64,000 bases of DNA, from assembly GCA_050250895.1 (NCBI GenBank), contig JBFWNU010000007.1, positions 369,030-433,029 of the forward strand, given 5' to 3'. This stretch comes from Vulcanimicrobiota bacterium (GTDB taxonomy: Bacteria > Vulcanimicrobiota > Xenobia > Xenobiales > JADMJV01). Positions 56,338-64,000 of the stretch are shown in pieces. The translations under genes and the position numbers were made by a program. A model generated the notes under the pieces. The model was not told the origin of the DNA. It made no database searches and was given only the letters and a program-made list of their open reading frames with translations. Position 1 is the first letter of the stretch. Each line of letters starts with the position of its first letter.

Positions 56338-56339
56338 CG

Positions 56340-56370
56340 GGCCCGGTTTTCTAACCGGGCCTGTTTTCTT
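56340..56370 (+). terminator. Rho-independent terminator after tRNA-Gln
   Basis: GGCCCGGTT-ttct-AACCGGGCC followed by TGTTTTCTT. Confidence 0.75.
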
Positions 56371-56392
56371 ACCCGACCTTTTTGGGAGGCCC

Positions 56393-57139
56393 GTGTCGAG
56401 AACCGTCCTGCTGGTTCCCTGCTACAACGAGCAGCGCCGATTGGTACCCGGCGCCTTTCTCGAATTCGTTTGTGCTCACGCCGACATCGAGTTACTCTTC
56501 GTCGACGACGGCAGCCAGGATGACACCCCCACGATTCTGGCCGGCCTCTGCCAGCAGCACAAAAGCCTATCCTGTCTGCGTTTGGGCCGTAACCAGGGCA
56601 AAGCCGAAGCGGTGCGTCAGGGCTTTCTCAAAGCCCTCGAAAGGCAACCCGACTATATCGGATACTGGGACGCCGATCTGGCCACCCCGCTTGAGGTTGC
56701 GGTCGACTTTCGCGACTTTCTCGACCTGCATCCCCAGGTGGAACTTTTGCTGGGCTCGCGGGTCAAGTTGCTGGGCAAGTCGATCGAACGCCATCTCTCG
56801 CGCCATTACCTGGGCCGCATCTTCGCCACAGCCGTCTCGGTGCTGATGAACCTGCCGGTCTACGACACCCAGTGCGGCAACAAGCTGATGCGCACCACGC
56901 CCACCGTGAAAGAGGCCATGGCCCGACCGTTCGTCACCAATTGGATCTTCGATGTCGAACTCATCGCCCGCCTGCTGCGCTGCTACCGGGCCCAGCAGCG
57001 GCCCGAACTCGAGCTACTCTACGAATATCCCGTTCCTCGTTGGAAGGATGTCGAGGGTTCCAAAGTGCGACCGCTCGATTTCGTTCGTGCCCCCCTCGAA
57101 CTTTGGAAGCTCTACTGGGCCGAGTTGCGCTACCTATAA
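56393..57139 (+). CDS. GT2 polyprenol-phosphate glycosyltransferase-like protein
   Basis: VPCYNE, VDDGSQD, NQGKAEAVRQG, DADLATP, DTQCGNK, WIFDVE; GGAGG RBS with GTG start. Confidence 0.92.
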   Translation: MSRTVLLVPCYNEQRRLVPGAFLEFVCAHADIELLFVDDGSQDDTPTILAGLCQQHKSLSCLRLGRNQGKAEAVRQGFLKALERQPDYIGYWDADLATPLEVAVDFRDFLDLHPQVELLLGSRVKLLGKSIERHLSRHYLGRIFATAVSVLMNLPVYDTQCGNKLMRTTPTVKEAMARPFVTNWIFDVELIARLLRCYRAQQRPELELLYEYPVPRWKDVEGSKVRPLDFVRAPLELWKLYWAELRYL

Positions 57140-57777
57140 GCCAGAGCGGCCAGCATGGCCGTGCGATGAAGGGGCCACAAGGCCGAACCTTCCCCTTCGG
57201 GCAATTCCAGGGTGATGGTTGGTATCGAACGCTCTCGTCCCGCATACCCCCCGAACGACCCCGGAGTCGGATAGCCGATGTCGGGGGCCAGGTCGTAGCC
57301 GTTATGACGGGCCATGGCTTGAGCCAGCGCCAGGGCCGGTCCGTCGTAATTGATGTTGTGCAGGTCAGAGTGGATGGTCACGATGCGCCGTGGTTGTTCG
57401 GTTTCTAGCAAAGCCATCAAAGCGCGGGTTTCGGGCTCGCTGGCCGGCTGGCTGCCCCCAAAATAGCGGTCGCCCGCGACGCCCTCGCTCCAGTCCTGGG
57501 TGGGAAAGTTGCGATTGAGATCGACCCCGCGGGCGTTCTGGCGACTGGCCATCAGCAACCCGTCAGGATTGACCACCGGGCAAACCAGGAGAGTCTCGGA
57601 CCCGAGCAGTTGCGGAGCCCGTTGCACTTCTTCGAGCAACTGGTGGCAGAAGTACTCGCCGGCCGGCTCGTCGCCGTGCATTACGCCCAGCACCAGCAGG
57701 CCTACCGGCCCGGTTCCTATCCGAAACCGTTCGAGCGGACGCTGTTGGCACGAAGTCCCCCAGACTTCGCGGATCAA
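57130..57777 (-). CDS. Murein peptide amidase MpaA-like M14 peptidase
   Basis: MHGDE, NPDG, RQNARGVDLNRNFP, SEPET, IHS, YPTPGSFG, ITLELP. Confidence 0.85.
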   Translation of the reverse strand: MIREVWGTSCQQRPLERFRIGTGPVGLLVLGVMHGDEPAGEYFCHQLLEEVQRAPQLLGSETLLVCPVVNPDGLLMASRQNARGVDLNRNFPTQDWSEGVAGDRYFGGSQPASEPETRALMALLETEQPRRIVTIHSDLHNINYDGPALALAQAMARHNGYDLAPDIGYPTPGSFGGYAGRERSIPTITLELPEGEGSALWPLHRTAMLAALAYR

Positions 57778-58799
57778 GGAATCTCTACCAGCACCTTCAG
57801 CGAATCGGCCGCGCGGGCGGTCAGACGACAGGCTTCCAGCGTCTGCTCGAGGCCAAAACGATGGGTGACCAGTTGCTCGGCTGACAGCACGCCTTCGGCC
57901 AAAAGGTCCAGCGTTTGGCGGGTGTCATCAGGGCCGCAAGAATAGCTCGACACCAGGCTGATCTCGTTAAAGAAGAGCTGATTGGGATTGATCTGCATGG
58001 ATACGTCTGGCGGCGGCGCCATGAAGAACAGGACCGTGGAGCCCTTGCCGGCGCAGTCGATGCCGGCTTGCATGACGGCCGGCTTGGAAGGCCCCACCAT
58101 CACCACGTCGGCTCCGTTGCCGTCGGTCATTTCGAGCACGACTTCGCGGAAGTCTTCGGTGCGCACATCGACCACCCGGTCGGCGCCGAACTCGCGAGCT
58201 TTCTCGAGGCGGTAGTCGACCATATCCGAGGCGATGACCATTTCGGCTCCGTAATGGCGGGCCAGGCTCACCATCACCTGACCGATGAAGCCAAGCCCGA
58301 TGATGGCCACCCGATCGCCAGGCTTGAGGCCCGAACGACGGATTGCTTTGACCACACAGGCCACCGGTTCGACCAGGGCGCCGTCGGCCCAGCTTAGATG
58401 GTCGGGCAGACGCAAAGTGTCGGTATCGAGATTGACCTTGGGCACTACCAGGTATTCGGCCATGCCACCTGGATTGAGGCTCGAGGCGCGCCAGGTGGGA
58501 CACATCGAATAGTTGCCCCGTTGGCAATGCCGGCAGCGCAGGCAAGGGGCGTGATGGTGAACGAAGACGCGGTCGCCCACCGAAAATCCGCTGACGGTGT
58601 CGCCCACTTCGACGACCTCGCCCGCCGGTTCGTGGCCCAGCACGATGGGACACTTCTTGCGGATATACCAGGGCGTGACATCACCCGTGCAGACCCCGCA
58701 AGCCTTGACCCGCACCAGCACGTCGCCGGGGCCCGGCCGGGGCACTTCCATCTCTTCGATCCGGACATCGTCATAGTCGTGGGCAACGGCCGCTCTCAT
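57774..58799 (-). CDS. Zinc-dependent MDR alcohol/polyol dehydrogenase
   Basis: CGVCTGD, LGHEPAG, CLRCRHC..C structural Zn site, GLGFIG; start MRAAV at 58799. Confidence 0.93.
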   Translation of the reverse strand: MRAAVAHDYDDVRIEEMEVPRPGPGDVLVRVKACGVCTGDVTPWYIRKKCPIVLGHEPAGEVVEVGDTVSGFSVGDRVFVHHHAPCLRCRHCQRGNYSMCPTWRASSLNPGGMAEYLVVPKVNLDTDTLRLPDHLSWADGALVEPVACVVKAIRRSGLKPGDRVAIIGLGFIGQVMVSLARHYGAEMVIASDMVDYRLEKAREFGADRVVDVRTEDFREVVLEMTDGNGADVVMVGPSKPAVMQAGIDCAGKGSTVLFFMAPPPDVSMQINPNQLFFNEISLVSSYSCGPDDTRQTLDLLAEGVLSAEQLVTHRFGLEQTLEACRLTARAADSLKVLVEIP

Positions 58800-58810
58800 T
58801 CGCTCAGGAA

Positions 58811-59698
58811 TCAATTGAGGTCTCCTTCGTTGGTTACCAGGTAGGCCACCCCCTCGCCCGCTTGCATCCGGGCAAACAGTTCCGGCAAACGCTGCAGCGG
58901 ATGTTTGCCCGAAAGCATGCGATCGGGAAGCTCGCCTAATCGCTGTTCGGCCAGGGTCAGATCGGCGGCCGCCAACGGCCCCGTCCCGCGCAGCGTCAGC
59001 TGGTCGTAGTGCAGCCGAGTGCAATCGAAACGGGTCAGGCCGGCCCCGGGACCCGCAAACAGAACCGTCCCGCCACGGGCCACCAGCCGGGTGGACAGTT
59101 GTCGGATGGTGTCGTTGCCACTGGCCTCTAAGAGCAGTTCGATGGGATGGCTGCGAAAGTTTTCGGCCGTCATCGGTCCGTCGAGTTCCATGGATTGGCT
59201 GGCCCCGAGCTCGACCGAGAGTTCGAGCGCGGTCGGCAAGCTGCCCACCACCCAGGGAGTGGTATCTTCCATCAAGGCCACCAGGCAAAGCCCCATAAAG
59301 CCCGCTCCCATCACCGCCGTCGCATCGGGAAGCTCGCCCACTTCGCGCAACACCCGCAGGGCCAGGGCGATGGGGCAGAGCATGGCATCGGGCCCGAACA
59401 GTTGCGCCCGCGGGATCAAACGCTCGGCCGGCAAGATGAGATATTCGGCCAGGGGGCCGCTGTAGTAAGCCACCACCGGCTGGCCTCGACGCCAGCCGAT
59501 CACGTTGGCCCCGATCTGCAGCACCTCTCCGGCGATGGGAACCGCGGCCCGAAAGGTGCCAGATTGAAAGTCGCGCAGGTGGTTCTCGTCGACCACCGCC
59601 GAGGTGAAGCGAACGGCCATCTGCCCCGGCTCGGGGGCGGGAGCGTCAGACTCGACCATGGTGGCCTGACCCGGTCCATCTGCTCGGCAGAACAGCAT
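58811..59698 (-). CDS. Degenerate MDR-superfamily protein lacking zinc ligands
   Basis: GroES-like start (PEPGQMAVR, GEVLQIG), GAGFMG, LEASG, RLHYDQLTLRG; catalytic Cys/GHE and Zn lobe absent. Confidence 0.7.
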   Translation of the reverse strand: MLFCRADGPGQATMVESDAPAPEPGQMAVRFTSAVVDENHLRDFQSGTFRAAVPIAGEVLQIGANVIGWRRGQPVVAYYSGPLAEYLILPAERLIPRAQLFGPDAMLCPIALALRVLREVGELPDATAVMGAGFMGLCLVALMEDTTPWVVGSLPTALELSVELGASQSMELDGPMTAENFRSHPIELLLEASGNDTIRQLSTRLVARGGTVLFAGPGAGLTRFDCTRLHYDQLTLRGTGPLAAADLTLAEQRLGELPDRMLSGKHPLQRLPELFARMQAGEGVAYLVTNEGDLN

Positions 59699-59817
59699 TG
59701 GCGCTACTTTCGCGGAGGCTGGCGGTGTCCTGCCGAGAAATCATGAACTTGGCTGTAACACTCGCCAGGGTCGGCGGTCTAAGCCCATGTCAGACACGAG
59801 AGCGGAGGAGTTCGAAG

Positions 59818-60543
59818 ATGCTACGCAACATGATGATCGGATTGGGCCTGGCGGCCCTGCTCGTCACCACTACGCCGGTTACCGCCCAGGAAGGCGGCAG
59901 TCCCCAGCGACCCGAGTGGTTTCAGGGCCAGGGTAACGGACCGCGCGAGGGCCGTGGTCGCGGGCAAGGCGCTCACCGCGGCGAGCGCCGCCAGAAGATG
60001 ATGCAGCGTTTTGACGCTGATGGCGACGGAAAGCTGTCTGACAGCGAGCGCCAGGCCGCTCGCGAAGCCTGGAAAGAACACGGCGGCGGCAAGCGCGCCG
60101 AGATGATGAAGCGCTTTGATACCGACGGCGACGGACAGCTGTCGGACAGCGAGCGCCAGGCCGCTCGCGAAGCCTGGAAAGAACATGGCGGCGGCAAGCG
60201 CGCCGAGATGATGAAGCGCTTTGATACCGACGGCGACGGAGAGCTGTCGGACAGCGAACGACAGGCCGCTCGCGAGGCCTGGAAAGAGCATGGCGGCGAC
60301 AAGCGCGCCGAGATGATGAAGCGCTTTGACACCGACGGCGATGGACAGCTGTCGGACGGCGAGCGCCAGGCCGCTCGCCAAGCTTGGAAGCAGGAGCACC
60401 CGGAGCAGGCCCGCAAGATGATGGAGCGCTTCGATACCGATGGCGACGGACAGCTCTCTGACGGTGAACGCAAAGCAGCCCGCGAGGCTCGGCGCCAACG
60501 CGGCGGCAAAGGTCCTCGGGGCCAGCGGGGCGGCCAGAACTAA
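59818..60543 (+). CDS. Secreted EF-hand repeat protein
   Basis: GGAGG RBS; signal peptide; five D[AT]DGDG[KQE]LSD[SG]E loops in about 35-aa (105-bp) repeats. Confidence 0.9.
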   Translation: MLRNMMIGLGLAALLVTTTPVTAQEGGSPQRPEWFQGQGNGPREGRGRGQGAHRGERRQKMMQRFDADGDGKLSDSERQAAREAWKEHGGGKRAEMMKRFDTDGDGQLSDSERQAAREAWKEHGGGKRAEMMKRFDTDGDGELSDSERQAAREAWKEHGGDKRAEMMKRFDTDGDGQLSDGERQAARQAWKQEHPEQARKMMERFDTDGDGQLSDGERKAAREARRQRGGKGPRGQRGGQN

Positions 60544-60636
60544 GTTGGGTGGATGGGGGCCGCGTCAATTGGCGCGGGTTCTTCTTGGTCGCGGCGGGCT
60601 TGCTGGGCACAGGTGCCTGCCCGGCCAGCTCGCGCA

Positions 60637-60709
60637 ACGGCCACGACGGCCGCCCTTCACCGACAATTTGAAAGGCCCAAGCCCCGGCTAAGCCGAGTCT
60701 TGGGCCTGG
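60637..60709 (+). repeat. 73-bp palindromic dispersed repeat, copy 1
   Basis: 68/73 identical to 63803-63875; contains an AGGCCCAAG...CTTGGGCCT inverted repeat. Confidence 0.85.
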
Positions 60710-60883
60710 GTCTTGGCGCTGCCGTCTCGCGCGCAGTTCTATCAGGTTCGACGTGGTCTGAGAACTGCGCCCGCGCGCCTTTCAGCGACGCTCACGCCCT
60801 TCTCCGTTGCAGTCCTTGCTCACGTCCCGCGGCGCTGGCGAGCGCCCTTTGGGCAAAGAGCGCGCCAGCGCCCCGGCTGCGTT

Positions 60884-61573
60884 TCAGTCAAGTTGTTCGG
60901 ACCTGGCTCGCTCCAGCAGACCCCTTATTCTTGGATTGTCTTTGGCCATCTCGAGGGGGGGGCGGTTCAACCCACAAGTCAAATCGACGCTGGCCCCAGC
61001 ATTGAGCAACTCTCGAACCATGAGTTCGTCGTCCTCTTCGATGGCAAACTGCAGAGGAGTTGGTGAACCGGTCACATTGTCGTAGCCGTCGACGCATGCT
61101 CCGTGACGAAGTAATAGTCGGACCACTTCGATGGACCCGTTCGCTGTGGCGTGAGCGAGTGGAGTCATCCCTCGATCATCAACTTGCTCAAGAACGGCCT
61201 GGCCGTTCGCCATTTCTAGGATGGCCTTCACTCGATCTGTTGCGCCTACCATGCACGCGATGCTAAGGGAAGTCCATCCGTCTACTGGAAGTTCGAACTC
61301 AGCAGAAGCTCCATGTTTAGCCAGTAGCTTCACTAGATGAATCTCGGTGGCCCACGTCAACGCCGTCGAGCCATTCAGATTGCACCCATTCGGATCTGCC
61401 CCTGCTCGTAGAAGTTTGTCGATGCTGATCTCGTCTCCGAGAAGAACAGCCAACGTTAACGGTGTGTTTTCCCCGATTAGCTGATTTGGTGTTTCAAGTT
61501 CTTCCAAAACCAGACGAAGCAACACCGGATCATTTTTCCAGAGCGCTTCGTTGGCTATTTTGACCTTGTTCAT
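60884..61573 (-). CDS. Ankyrin repeat protein (putative immunity protein)
   Basis: TPLTLAV, GSTALTWA, GMTPLAHA, TPLQFA, GADPN; visibly lower GC; starts immediately after the Rhs-CT stop. Confidence 0.9.
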   Translation of the reverse strand: MNKVKIANEALWKNDPVLLRLVLEELETPNQLIGENTPLTLAVLLGDEISIDKLLRAGADPNGCNLNGSTALTWATEIHLVKLLAKHGASAEFELPVDGWTSLSIACMVGATDRVKAILEMANGQAVLEQVDDRGMTPLAHATANGSIEVVRLLLRHGACVDGYDNVTGSPTPLQFAIEEDDELMVRELLNAGASVDLTCGLNRPPLEMAKDNPRIRGLLERARSEQLD

Positions 61574-62300
61574 CTATAGGACAGGCACTAGATTGCGGAG
61601 AGGAAACAGGCGAGAACCCTCGCTGATGATTACATATGCTGCAGTCGTCACTATAATCCACCACGCTGCGTCCTCTGGAGACAGGGGCTTTGGTTTCAGA
61701 TCCCGGATACTGAACGGTCGAGATGGAATGGATACTGGCTCCGGTACATAGACGGGAAGCGGGTCGAAGATGACCGGAGGCGGTGGTCCAAACTTATCCG
61801 AGCAGAAGAGCAGATATTCTGCCACCGCCCAGAAATACTGCCAATGCTCTTTCAGCAGCAGCCACTCATGTCCCCGAACGCTTTCACCGGGGCAATTGAA
61901 GTCATTTAATGTCCAGTAGGGAAGAGCATTTAGGGGATCCAGGAGATTTTCGTTGAGTTGCTTGGTTCGTCGTAGGATCTGCTTGTGGCCACTTTGGATT
62001 GCTTCACGGAGAGAATCGCACTCACCCTTGCGATAGAGCTTCCTCCGGGGAAACTTTATATTCCAAGGATTCTCGCCTGACGGATCAATCCAGGTGAGCG
62101 GATTGTTTCCAGAGTATCTATAGAGATTTGCGCCACCTGCACTGCCAATCGGGTCTTGATTCAGGAACCTTCCCAGACTGGCGTCATGGTAAAGCAAGCC
62201 GATGTCGGCGGTGTCGTCGTGGACGCCCAACACAGGTCATCGGACTCCCCACAGAACCCAGGGCTGTCGAACACGTCATGCTCGTAGTATGCCACTTTCG
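61574..62300 (-). pseudogene. Orphan/degenerate Rhs core end with C-terminal toxin-like domain
   Basis: LGRFLNQDPIGSAGGANLYRYSGNNPLTWIDPSG Rhs signature; the usual RYYDP segment is eroded (GLLYHDASLG); upstream YYEHDVFD fragment lies in a different frame. Confidence 0.75.
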
Positions 62301-62312
62301 GCCCCAAGCTGT

Positions 62313-63431
62313 CTAACGCTCGAATTCGCGTCCCTTGCGATCTCGGAAGGTCAAGCCGTCGGGAGCCGTTCCTTCGATGAACAGAAAGCCGTCGTGAACA
62401 TTGCGATGGCAGCCCGTGCACAGGAAGATCAGGTTAGCCGGCACGGTCAGGCCGCCCAGGGCGAAGAAGCGGATGTGGTGCGATTGGAGCCAAATATGGT
62501 TCGGGCAGTCGGGAGTCTGGCAGCAGTAACAGTCGCGTATCTTGAGGGCCTCGGTCTGGGCGGGTGTTAGCCCGCGCGCGTTGGGGTTGAAGCTGAGCCG
62601 CCAGTGGGGTTTGGCTCGACGGGCGAGCCCGACCTCGGGGTTGCCCGGGCACTCTTCCCTGTCAACCGCGGTGGTAGCCATGAAAAGCTCGTCCCCCGGG
62701 GGACGAAGTCCCAGCTCTTGAGCCAACTCGTGCGCCCTCTGAATTGGGCCGGCCAGTTTGCGCTGCTGCGAGGCCGCCACCGCAGCCGCTGGGGCGCGCA
62801 TCGCTTCGAGGTCCTTTTCCTTGACCGGAGCGGCCTGCAGACGCTGGGCCAGCAAATAGGCCAGGGCCTCTTTTAGCTCGACCTTTCGACCCAGCTCGAG
62901 CGAGAGAGAATGCAAGACTAGCTTGAGTAGCTCGCTCGTCTCGGGGTCGAGGTGCAAAGTGATCTCTTCACTCTCGATCTTGGTGGGCGGCAACTCCCCC
63001 GGCAAGCCTCCTTTCGGAGTGGCTGCCACCAGCCGGCGAATGACCGAGGCGGAGTAGCACGAGGCCAGTTCGAGCCAGAGTTGCTCGTTCTCGGCAGTGG
63101 CTTTGCTGGCAATTTCGCGCAGCTTGGCCCAGCCGATCGTTCCCGCCTCGGCGGCGGCTGTGAGCTGGGGCAGTCCTTCGAGCTGGCGGGCCACCCGGCG
63201 ACAGGCGTTGGCCTCTTTCTTGGTCACTCCGAGCAGGCGGATGGCGTAGTGGATGGGGCCGCTGCAACCGAAGTCTTGGTAGCGACCGGTGGCCTGCAGA
63301 GCCAGCAGGCAACGTCCGAGCAAGATACGGTGGATGACCAGGCCGAGGGAAGCGCGGCGGGCCATGTGATGGAGAGCCTCGGGCTCGAGATGGATGAGGG
63401 CTTCGCGGGTGTATTCTTGAAGAGGTTTCAT
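62313..63431 (-). CDS. HNH endonuclease with DUF222-like N-terminal region
   Basis: RDCYCCQTPDC, SHHIRFFALGGLT..NLIFLCTGCHRNVH; N-terminal VARQLEGLPQL...GTIGWAKLREIA. Confidence 0.88.
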   Translation of the reverse strand: MKPLQEYTREALIHLEPEALHHMARRASLGLVIHRILLGRCLLALQATGRYQDFGCSGPIHYAIRLLGVTKKEANACRRVARQLEGLPQLTAAAEAGTIGWAKLREIASKATAENEQLWLELASCYSASVIRRLVAATPKGGLPGELPPTKIESEEITLHLDPETSELLKLVLHSLSLELGRKVELKEALAYLLAQRLQAAPVKEKDLEAMRAPAAAVAASQQRKLAGPIQRAHELAQELGLRPPGDELFMATTAVDREECPGNPEVGLARRAKPHWRLSFNPNARGLTPAQTEALKIRDCYCCQTPDCPNHIWLQSHHIRFFALGGLTVPANLIFLCTGCHRNVHDGFLFIEGTAPDGLTFRDRKGREFER

Positions 63432-63802
63432 ACACCTATTCTACCGAGGCGAGGGCTGTTCGAGCAAAAGAACGAACAGTAACAAACGGCGTGGTTATAG
63501 GATTTTTTGAATGTCCAAATGATGATCTCCGGGCTTTGAAAGAGGCTCGATGAAGCGAAAGCCAGAAATCTTGAGAAAAGCCGGCTCCGGAGCCCTCACC
63601 GGGCTCTGAGGGGAAGTTTGTTGCCGATGTCGCGAGATGGGTGTTTTTCGCTGCTCGCAATTTTTTTCGGTCCCCTGGGGAACGGGGCGTCCCTGGCCAG
63701 CTTGGCCGCGGCCAACCACATTGTCTGACAAGAGATGGGGGCTGTGCCTTCGCTTCTGGCCACGAGGCGCAGCCTCTTTGAGCCGCCGGCCCCAGCCCGC
63801 CC

Positions 63803-63875
63803 ACGGCCACGACGGCCGCCCTTCATCGAGCATTTGAAAGGCCCAGGCCTCGGCTAAGCCGAGTCTTGGGCCTGG
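63803..63875 (+). repeat. 73-bp palindromic dispersed repeat, copy 2
   Basis: Direct repeat of 60637-60709; inner CTCGGC-TAA-GCCGAG hairpin. Confidence 0.85.
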
Positions 63876-64000
63876 TGATGTGCGACAATTATAAGTACCG
63901 GCGGAACGACAACTAGAATCACCCACCGCTGTTCCTTTTCAAGTAGCGAGCGCTTGATTGCCGTCGGATGAAGTCCCCATGGTTTCAGATCGACAGTTCA

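Noticed and set aside
55970-56338. N-terminal extension of the nucleotidyltransferase ORF (MAGQPGFEPG...)
   Set aside because: It is the reverse complement of tRNA-Gln and the tRNA-like RNA
63436-63926. Short ORFs upstream of the HNH gene
   Set aside because: No motifs; they overlap promoter and repeat sequence and look non-coding

Overview
High-GC bacterial chromosomal window. The gene style (many PilZ, GAF and TPR proteins, orphan Rhs tail, DUF222-like HNH) suggests Candidatus Eremiobacterota/Vulcanimicrobiota, but this is an unverified impression. Housekeeping content: oxidative pentose-phosphate operon tkt-tal-zwf-opcA-pgl, rplY-pth, tRNA-Gln(TTG), ggt, an M16 peptidase, a TrmH-family methylase and type IV pilus/T2SS parts. 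Four things stand out. (1) At the window centre, an MNIO (DUF692) plus DUF2063 RiPP-type cluster whose precursor is a Tat-signal peptide with 22 Cys in a near-perfect C[KE]GKDG array. It has an ECF-type promoter, an intergenic hairpin and a coupled gene run ending in a cysteine dioxygenase. (2) A 994-aa signal-less Ala/Ser/Asp protein made of 91 indel-free decapeptides with a 90-aa super-repeat (predicted compact beta-solenoid). (3) An apparently promoter-driven tRNA-like RNA with an extended anticodon arm whose apical loop is complementary to a downstream 8-mer, just upstream of tRNA-Gln. (4) A 3.1-kb HNH / orphan Rhs-CT / ankyrin block flanked by 73-bp palindromic direct repeats. All product calls come from motif recognition by eye; no searches were run.
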